A stretch of 63,340 nucleotides of DNA, filler included, from Choristocarpus tenellus KU-1152 (GCA_964200185.2; 11 parts of 11 records of this genome joined end to end with filler, not necessarily neighbours in it); one strand, 5' to 3'. Shown: positions 40,236 through 53,100, numbered from the whole stretch's first letter. The notes: generated by a model not told the origin, from the letters alone. Program-made: numbers and translations.

Positions 40236-40870
40236 ACCGTCTACCTGTATAATATATTTTCATTACGATAATGTACGATTAGAATTTGGTTTTGATGGTA
40301 CGGTTATGGTTGTAGCATAAATGTTACTCTTGAGGACAATGACCAGGTGACTACTACAGTGATCAATAGTTCAACTGTAGAGCATACTACGTAGTATGTA
40401 CTGGTAGTTAGCACTGCCTATACACACAGGACATGAGTGACATTTGAATCTCTAAAGCTACTCTGTCTGCCTATAATAGTATCTCAGTTGTACCTCTAAA
40501 GAAAGATTTATGAAATGAAAGACTTCTCTTACAGTTACTATTGTAAATACTAGAAACAATAAAAGAGTAGCGAAGATATTTTTCTGTGCCTTGTTTCGAT
40601 TTGTATTATCTCTGATCCTAGCCCTGATGGATGATGCAAAGATTATTTTATACGTCAGTATTTAATGGTCTCTGTCATGTATAGAGAGGAGGGGGGGGGG
40701 GGGAAGGGGATGCACTATCCTAGGGGGAAAAAGAGACTTGGACAAGACAACAAGCCAGCCGAACACAAAANNNNNNNNNNNNNNNNNNNNNNNNNNNNNN
40801 NNNNNNNNNNNNNNTTAATTAATTAANNNNNNNNNNNNNNNNNNNNNNNNNNNNNNNNNNNNNNNNNNNN

Positions 40871-43356
40871 CAGTACAGCAAACGCCCGCGTTCCACCCTC
40901 CATGGCCGTTTTGTTCTTCTTCCACACCAGGAACGCTGCTGACAGAACCCCCTTCGCCCGTATCCTCCCTGTCTGGCAGTCCGTCCCTCCTCGTCTTCGT
41001 CCCCTCCTTCGTGTTCGTCCCTTCCCTCGTTTCCATCTCCTCCTCTATGTTCGCACCCTCTCTTGTCTTCTTTCTCACGGCCATCTGATGCCGATCCGTT
41101 CTTGCTCTGGACGTCTGTGCCGCCGCCATGACCGGCCGACCCGCTGTGACCCTGGTGGAGGTTGATCTGGTTGAGGACATAATATTTCCCATCCCAGGTG
41201 GTGAGGTAAGCGCGTAGAGTTGATTCCTTCTCGATAATCTGGTGTTGGGCACGGCGGAGGACGTTGTTGAGGAGAGGAGGGGACGATGGAAACGTTAAAA
41301 ATGGGAGAGTGTAATGGAGTTATGATAGCATGTCAACTGAACAACGGAGCAAACCTATCGGTTTATGTGGTGAACATGTTTAATTGATGCGGCTTGCGGG
41401 GCGAAATAGTTTGAAAGAAGTCTATGTCGAGGACGCCAGTCTGTAGGTTACGACAGTGACACGTGTTGGAGGAAGAAACGGGGTGGAGATTGACGAAGAT
41501 CGTTGTCTAGAGTAGAAGGAAACGATTCGCTATTCCCACTATTAGCAACGAAAGACTAGAACTGACAAAATAGCATCGTTTGTTGTAGGGAAGGCAACTC
41601 TGTCGCTCATGATGACGACGAAGACCCGCTACGAATCCTACCAAGCGTCAACTAATTGTTTTTGTACAAGCCATATTTCAGCTACAATTACCAACATAGG
41701 AGGCACACTCACGGCTCTGACCTGTTACATGGGTTTCATTCCGACTACCGCCACGATGTTTGCCCTCAGCTGCCGGACGGTCCCCGCTTGTTGGTCGCCA
41801 GATGAAACCTTCTCCAGAAGTTCCGCCACCTCACTCTTCCTCTCCTCGTAGTGGGACTTGACCCAGATGTCGTGCATATTGCCGTTCTCATATGCGAGCT
41901 TGTTCATTTCCCTGGCAGCCTGTGCATCATTCACGTAACGTAAAAAAAAAACCCGTTATGCAACAGCCAATAAGTGCGGTGCCGAAAACTATGCTGATAG
42001 TATATTTTGCAATTGAGGGGCGCATGGCCACGTATGGGTGCACTGGAGATACGGGAAAGGAGAAAAAGGAAGATAACTGCTGTAACTTCCACCATTTACA
42101 AACCTTTGGAGCTCTCGTGTCCACTTCTCCTTCGGCACAATCTGCCTCGTGCGCGAGACAACCATGTCAGACATGTGCGCGTCCGATTCGATGTCCTTGT
42201 AGTCCCTCACCGTAGGAACCCTCCTGTTGAACGACTTGTATCTGCAAAAAGGGAATGGCCATGAAGGACGTCAACGAGAACGATACGCAGGGAATGATGA
42301 CGAAAGGGTCGCCCATGCATTAAATATTCATGGATCGATAGTTGTAGTTCATGACAGACAACAGCGCGCATAAACAGGAAACACACACTGTTGGTTGAAT
42401 CTACACAATACTACGAAGGGTTCTTCGTTCGACACAACAATGGCCGACAATATTCTTCGTCATAGGAGACACGTATTTAACGTCAATGTGCAATGTCCTA
42501 CGACCTGCATTCAATGCGCTTACTGCTGTCTACACAAAAAAACATGCGGCGGTTTGACTTGCCTAGCAAGCAGATGGATGCATAGCCCCTGCTTGAGAGA
42601 AGTGAAGCCGGCGAACTCCTCGCAACTGAGATAGTTCAGTGTGACTACGTGGTGGTCGACCTGCGGTGCCTTGCTCTCACACACTTCCTTCAGTACCTTG
42701 AAGGACTCTGGTATAAGGGACTTTACGCCTTTCTGCCAGTTTCGTAGAGTTGATTTCGACGGGGGAGCAACGACCACCTTGGCGATGGGCAGAAAAGGAA
42801 AATATCATGCACCCAGTCAGCCAGGATGAGTCATATTGCAAAACTCTCCTATGGCCGCAGCCTTCCGAGTCACATCTTCCTCTCTCTTAAAAAATAAAAA
42901 AATAACACATGGCAACCTTTTTATTTCCGCACCAACGGGGTATGTATGAGTGTGTGTGGGGGTTATTCAGCGGCCTGGCCTAATGATATTATAAACAAGG
43001 ATATATTCATTGCTCGTCTGTTTTTAACCACTCATACATACTACCACGTGATCAGCCGTAAATCCGTAAGTTGGTTGACAGGGTTCCTAAACGCGGGATA
43101 ACTATATCAACTTAGGTTGAATAGGAGGACACAGAGGGATTTCACAACAGCTGTAACCGAACTAGAGGAGGACTATAGCGCCAACATCTCACTAACGTGG
43201 ACAACTCCCTCACCCTTTTGTACATTGTGCAGATCTCCACTATTGACGCTTCTTTTTTCTTCGTCTGTTGCTTGATAGATTCTTGGAGCTTGTGCTGAAG
43301 AAATATCTTATCGTACAGTGTGCGCTCAACCACATTCTCGATCGCGTCGCTGAATG
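40871..43356 (-). pseudogene. ParB-like gene, copy 1 (middle and 3' exons), degenerate
   Basis: Exons 43356-43214 (AFSDAIENVVERTLYDKIFLQHKL...), 42777-42563 (VVVAPPSKSTLRNWQKGVKSL..., AG|gcaagt donor), 42241-42104, about 41990-41713 (frameshift in a T10 run, premature TAA) and 41238-40871 (acidic Gly-rich). The first of these exons is homologous to 43992-43850. Confidence 0.6.
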
Positions 43357-43434
43357 CTATAAGCGTGGCGGTCCAGTGGGCGAATGGGACAAGGGTTAGG
43401 TGGGGAGCGGTCGCGGGACACACGCGGCATGCAG

Positions 43435-43663
43435 TAGGGATGTCAAGATTATGCTTGACCATTTGTGAGAATATGATTTGAAGTATTATTTTATGTACAC
43501 ACAGAACATAATACGGGATATTCAGGATGTTTAGGCGGGGTATTTGACCAGAAGTAATCGGCGGACTATTAGAGTCGGAGTGTTTCTGACGTGTACTAGA
43601 GAAACGTTGAGTCATTTGGTATTCTGAGTCATTCAATGTAAGGACTGGTGAGCCCCACCTAGT
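43435..43663. mobile_element. Probable transposon end (hAT-like TAGGGATG) interrupting ParB-like copy 1
   Basis: Alignment to copy 2 stops at about 43434, where TAGGGATGTCAAG begins. The other end is not in the contig. Confidence 0.35.
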
Positions 43664-43849
43664 NNNNNNNNNNNNNNNNNNNNNNNNNNNNNNNNNNNNN
43701 NNNNNNNTTAATTAATTAANNNNNNNNNNNNNNNNNNNNNNNNNNNNNNNNNNNNNNNNNNNNGACACAGGGATATCTCGCAACAGCTGTAACCCAACTA
43801 GAGGAGGAGTAGAGCGCGACCATCCCACCAATGTCGACAACTCTCTCAC

Positions 43850-44697
43850 CTTTTGGTACATTCTGTGGATCTTTGCTAGTGACACTTCTTTCTTCTTCGT
43901 CTGTCGCTTGATAGCTTCTTGGAGCTTGTGCTGAAAATATATCTTATCATATAACGTGCGCTCAACCACACTCTCTGTCGCGTCGTTGATTGCTATAAGC
44001 ATGGCAGTGCAGTGGGCGAACGGGACAAGGGTTAGGTGGGGAGCGATCACGGGACACACGCGGCCTGCGGCACCGAGAAACATGTTGCTGTGGACAGGAA
44101 TACCACGAGGGATAAAAAAGATGAACAACGAAAAGATCCACAATGGGCTGACTGACAATGAACATAGCAAGGGAAACTCGACAACAACTTCGTATATCAG
44201 AATAGTCATCAGGCGATCACGGAACAAGGAAAACACTACATTACTTCGGTGCTTAGTTGATCAGAACGGTCAGGCGGTTATGGAATGACGAAAACACTCC
44301 ATCACCCACCATTGGCAATTAGCCTCTCTTCCGTTTGCTTGAACTCCATGTAGATCCGCATGGTGAAAGCGTGCTTGGGATCGAACACTCTCTTCAGTAC
44401 CGTTACTCTATGGTTTCCGTCCAATACATGCCCTTCAATGGCAAGCGCAGTTTCGGCGTTTAGTTCATCCATATTACCTAAACTTTCTCGCTAGATGACA
44501 ACACTTGGAGCAAACTGATCCAGCCAGCCTTTCTCCTTTATAGACTTATGAATGCACGCAAGGCCACGCTCGCTTAAAGGACGCACCATATCTGTGCATG
44601 TGACGTGTCCTAGTTTCATCTTGTATGGCCCCAGATAATGTTCATCAAACAGCTGGGACATGCCAATAGAGGGTAGGTCCCGCGTTCTGGATTCCAA
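43850..44697 (-). pseudogene. ParB/Sulfiredoxin-fold domain gene, copy 2 (5' exons), one in-frame stop
   Basis: Exon about 44697-44310: MVRPLSERGLACIHKSIKEKGWLDQFAPSVVI*RESL...GHVLDGNHRVTVLKRVF...EERLIAN(G|gtgggt). It splices in phase 1 to exon 43992-43850, AINDATESVVERTLYDKIYFQHKL. TAG at 44493-44491. Confidence 0.7.
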
Positions 44698-45469
44698 CCT
44701 TTCCCATCGGTGGGCGGGTGGGTTGTTGTTCTTGGAATGTTGGACATGGCAAAGATTGGGAGGGTGTGATGGGGATGGGTAAGTAAGAGGTCTGAGTGGT
44801 ATCTACGAAAGGGAATGAATTGAAATGAGGACTGAGGGATGGGAGGTGCTGTTTTATGTCGTCTGGTCTGTCGATCCTCAAAACTCAGATTTCACATTTT
44901 TTATGAGAATTGCGTTACAAAAATACGAATATCAAACAGCATAGGATTTCATATTGAACTGGAACAGAGGGTGTCTGTATTTTTGTGACCTTTTCGTTTC
45001 GTACGTTTCGAACGTATTAGATCAATGAAGGATGTGTTTTGTATCTGTATTTGTTGGTGTAAAGATTAGAATATCATTCTACTTTTGGAAAAACCCTAAC
45101 GCACGTGTTCTGAGTGTTCAACGGTAAAAGTGTTTACCAGTAACCGCGAATAAGATACGCTTTTTTATGTTATCTAGTGTTTATTTAAACCCTAAAGACG
45201 CAAAAAAGTGGATTTAGGGTTTAAATAAATAGTGGGTACCAGTTGGAAGGACTTCTTAGGTTTTCTGAAAGTTGGAAACGTGTGAGACCCCTAAAGTGCG
45301 TTCTTGGTATTACAAAAACACCTTAAGAACGGCTTTCAGTGGGTTTAGTATTTAAAAAAACACTAACGCACGTGTAAAGTGGCCTAACCCTTAAAGGTGG
45401 TTTGTGGCAACCACCTTTTCGTAAAGAGTCACTTCTTATCGACTTGTACGTTTCTGACAATCGCTATGT

Positions 45470-45737
45470 GAGTGAAAGTATCTTAGAGGTTAGGGTCGAG
45501 TCTGTTTGTTGTCTGTTTGGGGCAAAATCCAATGTTGCGATTTTGATTAAATTTTGGCTGTTGTGTATGTTAGGGAGTGTCAATATCCTTGTTCCATACA
45601 CACCTTTTCATAACATAAATATTTCACCTACTCTAAAATATTTCGGAGTAGGAAAATGTCTTTTAAAAAAACGTGGGAAGCTAAGCCCCAAACGGACAAA
45701 CAGGGCAAAAATCGTACCCTCTAAGATACTTTCACTC
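45470..45737. mobile_element. Sola-like MITE subfamily A (reverse orientation)
   Basis: Perfect 20-bp TIR GAGTGAAAGTATCTTAGAGG / CCTCTAAGATACTTTCACTC. Exact 4-bp TSD ATGT (45466-45469, 45738-45741). Homologous to 5856-6113. Confidence 0.88.
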
Positions 45738-45814
45738 ATGTCCGATTCGGTAAGATTTTGTACTTCAAATACGTAGAGGGTTGGGGTTGTTTTTTGACGT
45801 TTTGGTTACTGCAA

Positions 45815-46437
45815 ATTGGAAACATACAAGATAAATTAAGTATGTGATTGGTATCTTGAAAAATACAAATCACTACTGATATAATTATATTTTTTAGAAA
45901 TAGAAATCAGGCATTTTACCTGATCTACAACTTCCGAAAAAATGTAACGCACGGATTTTCGGGATCGGTGGGATGTCAGAGTGGTTCCACTGATCGCCCG
46001 AGGATCAAACAAAGTTGATTTAGGAACATTGGAAATGTACAATAACAATTAATTACGTGATTGGTATCTTCAAAAATACAAATCACTGATATAATTGGAT
46101 TTAAAAAAAATAGAAATCACGGAAAGAATCATTTATAACTTATGAAAAATGTAACACACGGATTTTCAGGATCGGTGGGATTGAAAGGGTGGTCCCACCG
46201 ATCCTGAAAAGGATCAAACAAAGTTGATTTCGGAACATTGGAAATGTACAATAATAATTAATTATGTGATTGGTATCTTGAAAAATACAAATCACTGATA
46301 TAATTGTATTTAAAAAAAAATAGACATCACCGATATAATCTGATGTACAACTTCTGAAAAATGTAACACACGGATTTTCAGGATCGGTGGGATTGAAAGG
46401 GTGGTCCCGCTGATCCTGAAAAGGATCAAACAAAGTT
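45815..46437. repeat. About 210-bp tandem array x3, each unit with an 18-bp-stem hairpin
   Basis: GTGATTGGTATCTT anchors at 45844, 46057 and 46266. Hairpin TTTTCAGGATCGGTGGGA-12nt-TCCCACCGATCCTGAAAA at 46163-46210. Confidence 0.9.
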
Positions 46438-47199
46438 CATACACTCGTCTTCGAATCTAATCACTCCTACACCTTCTCACTGCCCAAGACCGCATGTTGA
46501 TCGAAAACGCTATGCCAGTTGCTTCCACAGCAACAGGGTGGCTTGTGTCGCCTACGTCTCCCCCTGCGTTGCCCCCACACCAGCCCGCCAACAATGATGN
46601 NNNNNNNNNNNNNNNNNNNNNNNNNNNNNNNNNNNNNNNNNNNTTAATTAATTAANNNNNNNNNNNNNNNNNNNNNNNNNNNNNNNNNNNNNNNNNNNNA
46701 TGCTAAGAGAATCCACTGAGGAGAGGAGGGAGAGAAAAAGGAAAAAGAGAAGGGGAAGGGGGGGGGGGGGGGGGGGGAAGGGGGAGGGGGGGAAGCAATG
46801 AAAAGGATGAGGTAGCATAGTTGCTGTAAATCTCGAAGAAAAGTATCCCCACAGCAAGGCAGTAAAAGCAAGCACAACACCACATACAATTGCACACACT
46901 AGTGTACAGAAATGTAGAGCACCAGTGGAGTGGTCCTTTCTCGTTCCTCCACATAATATGTATATTCTAATAATATATATATTCTATTTCAATAATTGCT
47001 TCTTTCCATTCCACCAAATGACCAGAGTCCTCAATCCTTTAACTAATCCGTAGGGAGAACCCATGCATGCAGAGATAGACCACACCCTGTCCAAGACCTT
47101 TATCACAACCTCTTTCCTCCCTTTGCCCCTCCTATCACAACATTGCAGTTATCCCTTGCCATCAACAAAATACAAAACGATAAGCGCACTTGGACTCAC

Positions 47200-50100
47200 C
47201 ATGCTCATCCACCAATGCCCGGAGGCATTGTGTCATGTACGGAGTCCATCCTCCAGGGTCATACTCCTCCAGCTGCAAAAAATAAAAACATTGGGCAGGA
47301 AGGTGCTACAGTGATGATTTCTTATCTAGCTTGGTGTCTCGCAGACCCACAACAAGCAGAGTAGTAACATTGTTTCTTTTTTTCCGAGGCGAGGACCAAC
47401 ACCAAACAACAACAAAAAATGTTAACATTTACACAAAAAAATACTTCCATTTTTGTTTGGAGAGGGACTGGGGTGGAAGGCTCACCGCATTCATTTGATT
47501 TGTAGGTGAGGACCAATGCACGGGCTCTAAGATGGTACCACATAAATCAACTCATCAACTACACTGCATGTACCTACTCCTTTAAAGTTAACAGTCAGCA
47601 TCACTACTATAGACAAAATAGAAAAAAAAAAGAATACAGCACAGCCATCAAGTGTCCTGTGGATATACTTCTAAAGACAAATATGTACCAAAATGCATCA
47701 GTAAGGAGGCCTCTGTAATATTATGAAAAGTACACATCTATACATGTATATCTAGATGCTTGTATACAAACAAATGCCGACCAATTTCAAACTTACATTA
47801 GCCTTTCTAATTGCCCGACTCTGCTCTTCCATCTCCCTTGTGCTGGCCTTCTGTGCTCGAACAAGAGAGGGTCCCTCAAGTGCCTGTTTAATAAATTTTG
47901 GGATTTTGGGATGAGAGGACATAATTTTTTTTTAAATCAAAACAAAGGATACACAAATAGTTACGGTGGGGATATAACCAACAAAACCTTTCAGAAGGCA
48001 ATATTTCTAGTCACTTGCACCTATCACGAAACTAAAAGGGTCTTAATGGCACACAAAAAAACGCAAGTTCTTTTCTTGCTTTCATCACTAAAAAATAGTG
48101 GGGAACCAACAGGACTGTACAACTGACAGTACGAGTATGATGCTATTGATCATGTACTGAGTCAGTAGTGTCCTTGCCACATCCTCTATCGCACAATGGT
48201 ATGCTGCACAATCTCTTCAGTCTTCCAGAAGATATTTTTATTACAAAAAGGCAGTATCTTCTTTTGCGTTTTTCAGATCTCTTGAAGCTGCTAGATGGAG
48301 AAGAGGCCGGCATGTGATATGTAGTCAAGTACAAGGGAATCTGGGTGATGTAATAATAGTTACACATACATACCGTTTTTTGTCTAGCAACAGCTACTAC
48401 TTTGAAGAAGTATCTACCAGAACTGTATTGCAATTGCAGAGCGGAGAAAAGCTCTATAAATCATGCAAGGATTTCCCTTTTATGGTGGGATGGGTCAATG
48501 TTTTCGCATTTGAGCACAACTCTTACCCAAATATACCTCTTATAAAACAGGAACTTGAAACAAAATACGAGTCCCTGCTAAGTATATGCCTGGGTAGGTA
48601 GGTGGCATCATTATCACATTCTCAATCCCCACGACAGTGAGTCGTCCTATCTTCTCAATTCTCTGTAACAGAATCAATTTGACAAAAACACAATTATATT
48701 ATCTATTAGATCTCTAGTAAGAGGGCAGTATGACAACACAGACAGGGAGAAGGAGATGGAGATCATATAATGATAATTCCAGATAATCACTAGGGCTTTA
48801 TAATGGACTGGCAGTTAACCGGATCAGGACAGCTGCAATCTTTACGGCCCAAGTCTGACCCTGTCAATATAATATATATTTTACCCGATCTGACTACAAT
48901 GTCATTATATCTGGCCCGGCCTGGTCCAGTCACACTCTCTGACCTGGACCAGTCCTGCTGAGGTCCAAATTCGAATTATATTTGGGTGACCCTGTCAAAT
49001 TATTCCAAGCCTAGTGACATTTCAAACTAGAAATTGAAAGATCTACAATATATATAGCAGAAGAAACTCTTAGGTAGGAATGAATACCTAGTTTCTAGGG
49101 CACTTTTTTTCACCTTTCGAACAGCAAAAAATATTTTACATGTTACTCTTTACTACATTACTAGTGAAGCGCTCACAGTCTATTGACACTAAGCAGTGCA
49201 TTGGAAGGATCAGGATCCCAGTGATCCACAGGTGCAATCTTCACCTGGAAGGGATTCCAGCGGTTGCATAATGACACTTAGATGTTAAGCCATCTGCTCC
49301 AAGGTTGTCAAGTCAGGTGCGATAACATATCAACCTGATGATCAATGAATTAACGGATTCTCCCATGTGGCAGGTGGGATAAAATCCAGGCTATGTGGCG
49401 GTATTCCGCTGTTCCAAGACATTCATGAGATATTTATGATCCCACATGTGGATCTTACAATCGAAAATCCGAGGGCATCGCAACAGGGTGGATTACAGAA
49501 AAATAAAAAGTCCACCCTTTCAATCTATTAACAATGAGCAGTGCATTGCAAAGGTCAGGATTCTTGTATTCCGTATGTATACTCTTCATCTACAGGATAA
49601 TCCTACCAGTCGGTTGCACAGTGGCAACTGGAAGCTGATCCATCTGTTTTAGGATTGTGTCATCAGGGATGATATAATCTCTACCTGATGACGTCCAATG
49701 ACATTACCGTTTCTTCCATGTGGTGACCGGGAACTGTGCATGGTGCCACACGATCTCAGATTCAAACAGTTCAAACCGTTTGTGAGATACAAGTGATCCT
49801 GCAAAGAGACATCACAATTGGCATTGTGAATTTGCCACAGGATGGATGATGGGGAAGCGAATGCCTGGGAAGAATGTGGTTAGGGGGCCAAAATGCGTGA
49901 AAGGGGAAGAAGATAAAAAGGCGAGTTCCTACCGTTGAGAGAAGCTGCCAGATCTGCCTGGATGAAGAATTTGACGGTGAAGATGATGGCTGAGGATGAA
50001 GAGATCAAGGTAAGTAGAACCTCCTTGCTCTGGCTAGGGCTGAGGTTGGCACCCATGAGTGTTAGAGATTGAGGAGTATGAAGAAGATAATGATGAAGAG

Positions 50101-53100
50101 CAATACGAGAATATCGACAAATAGGTGAATGGAGAGATGGCAGCTCGTTTAGATACTTGAAGAAATAATGGGCTTGTGTGAGCTTAACACACTCCAACAC
50201 TTTAACACCTCGATACTTCAGTGACCCAAGTATCAATGAACATGGCCTGGAAGGCCAGTCCTACCTAAAGTCTTGATGCCACCGGTCCAGTCCGGTCCAG
50301 TCCGGTCCAGTCCTGTTAAAATATACCTAACTAGAACCACCCCAGGGCGTAGTTCGTTTTACAATCTTAATAGCTCCCATCCAACCCAACCCTGTTCACA
50401 TACTCTTCGTCAGGTTAGTGTGTGGTGAGATCCATTTATATTCTGTGATGATATTGGGATGGTCAAATTGTCTCGGTGACTACGCAAGTGGCACTCTCTA
50501 GACGTGCCTTGCGTTTTAACCTGAAGTCACCAGGGAGATGGGCACGGAGGGGTTTATTGGATTCTTGGGATGCCTCCCTAGCTCCTCTCCCAGATTGCAG
50601 GAATAGAGAAGGTAGTAGTAGTACAACATATATCGTGCTGAAGTAACAAATAGATACGTATTTTTCAAATAAATAACATTTTATTTAAGGCTTATGTATA
50701 GTGTATAGTTTTTTCTTATTTCCCCCCTAGAAAATGCCAGAGGGCATAATAATAAAATATTTGGATGGTGTACAATGTTTTATAATGTTCTTACGTTTAG
50801 GACATTTTATTTCTTTAGGGCTAATAACGACATATATATAGTTTTGATTGGTTTCCCCCAACATATCTGCAAAATGTCAGAGGGCATAATAATAAAATAA
50901 TATATATGGTGTTCAATACTTCAGGTGGATTGATCTGGTGTCGTGATATTTTATCGTTATGTAAAAAACAGCGATATTCACCGTTTCAAATCTAAATAAA
51001 AAATGCGGAACGAATCATTTCTATAAAAATATATATATCCTATTCGGTCCTTTTTTCAACCTTTCCTAAATACTTTCAGTGAAATGTGTAGATGTGGGAG
51101 ATTTTGGAATGATTTGAGTTGTTGGTGACATCACATTAAAGAAGGATGTTGATTCTTCAGAAGAATAAAAGCAAAATAGTAGTTATATTTTTCAATTTCG
51201 GAAACAAATCAGAAAAAACAACATTTTTCCTGGAGTACTACAAACCTACATCTTCATTAAATGAATCTACATAGAACCTTTTCCAGTTGAATCTTGACAA
51301 CTATGTTGATATGAGGGATGGATCCCTTTTAATACATATTTGCGATTATAAAACAATGACGACAAACAAAATAATATATTTTATTATTATGCCCTCTGAC
51401 ATTTTGAAGATGTGTCACATAATATATCCTTCGATTTTTTCTCCACCTTAACGTTTTTCAATCTCACGATGGCGAGCTGCGCGATTTTGACAATAGTCGA
51501 TTTGAATACTATCTAGATAAGTACACCTACAGGATAATTGGGTTGGTTTACACTCGGCAGTGTCGGCAACCAATGTTCTTCTCCAACCTGCCCCTGTATG
51601 CTCCTATAATCCACTCTCATTATTCTCAGAGTTATGATGCCCCCCCTCTTCACGTACCAGAACTACTTTCGCAACCTACTTCCTGCCACTTGAGATGGAC
51701 AACGTGGGGCCTTCATTGGCTAAGAAGAAAATATTCTTTAAATGCCAGGGTTGGTATGGTTGTGGTAGAGGCTACAAGATTGACAAATTGAAGAGCGGAT
51801 CCAAGTCCTTCGCCTAATATCGGTTGTAACAGTCCCAAACCGACAGGACAGAAGCAGACATTGAGGTGTCATACACACTCCATTCATTCATTTGTTGCAA
51901 CAATGCACATACATCTCTCATCCCCACACCCAACAGTTGGCATACAATGCATCACATGCTCTCCGCCAAACATAGGGTCAATACTCTCTTTCACCTGCCC
52001 TCCACACACATTGACTTGCCTATGAACGAATTCTTGATCTCTAGTGAACGAATGATGTCGAACTATGTCTGAAAAAGTCAGATTTTGGGCCTAGATACGT
52101 TCGAAGTAAATGGCTGGAGAAAGGAACCCCAGGTCTTGCTCTTCTTAGGAGTGGAGCTCAGTGGATATACTCCTGAGCTTACACTACTATTGAATTGACA
52201 GTTTCTACTATTTATATTTGCGTATAATAAGTCACCAGAACAAGGAGGGTCATTAATACTGGTTTTTATGTCTGGCTCAAAGTACCTGGGGAGGGTGGTG
52301 GCTGTCAATTTGGAGCTAAATTTTTCATGTCGCGATTTTTGGGTGATTTGGTTCCATACGTTGGATGGATAATGAAAGTGTAATTTTCCTGGTGTTGGTC
52401 CAAATGGACACTTTGGTGAAGAACCTCCCCCCCCCTAGATACTTTGGGTCTCTTTATTATCCATTGACAAAAAAAGAACCTCAGCCACCTTCGAACAACA
52501 AAATATGTCAAAATTGAAAAAGATATTATACATGTATATATGTATTTTGTACAGCAAATGCATCACAATAAAAAGAACGGAAGGTTCTTATCATAGAGTC
52601 ATATTTTGCTGGACCAACCTGTAGGTGATGGTGGGTGAACAGCTCCAAGAGGGGGAAGCATCATCAAATTTCTCTGGTCGTAGAGAAGATAGATTCCCTT
52701 TACTCCACACACAGAGTCTCCAAGCATCAGTAACATCGAAATTTTCGTAGTTGCTACTGAGAAACACTCGTATTCAATGCACAATCCTAACCTTGCAACC
52801 CTCTTCAAAAATATATATGTACGGTAGAGGTAAATGGTGGAGACATACTTGTCCACATTTGCTTCCTTCTCACCTGTTTTGCACTGGCCTGATGAGCTCG
52901 CTGGTGCTTCTTCACCTTCTCCATCTGATTTTTACATGGCAGTTACATAAATGAATGCAACACCATGGCAAAAGTTGGAGGAAAAATGAAAGTCGTGCAT
53001 TCGGGTATATGAGACATTAGTTGAGCAAAGTACATGTTTGATTCATTTGCACAACTTGCAATGTGTCACCTACACACCCGAATATTAATATTTGACTTGA

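Noticed and set aside
44491-44493. In-frame TAG in the ParB-like domain as recoding or an alternative genetic code
   Set aside because: The complete genes have no internal stops, and the paralog has independent lesions, so ordinary decay is the simpler explanation.
45815-46437. Hairpin-containing array as a CRISPR-like repeat-spacer locus
   Set aside because: The sequence between hairpins is also repeated, so these are whole-unit tandem duplications.
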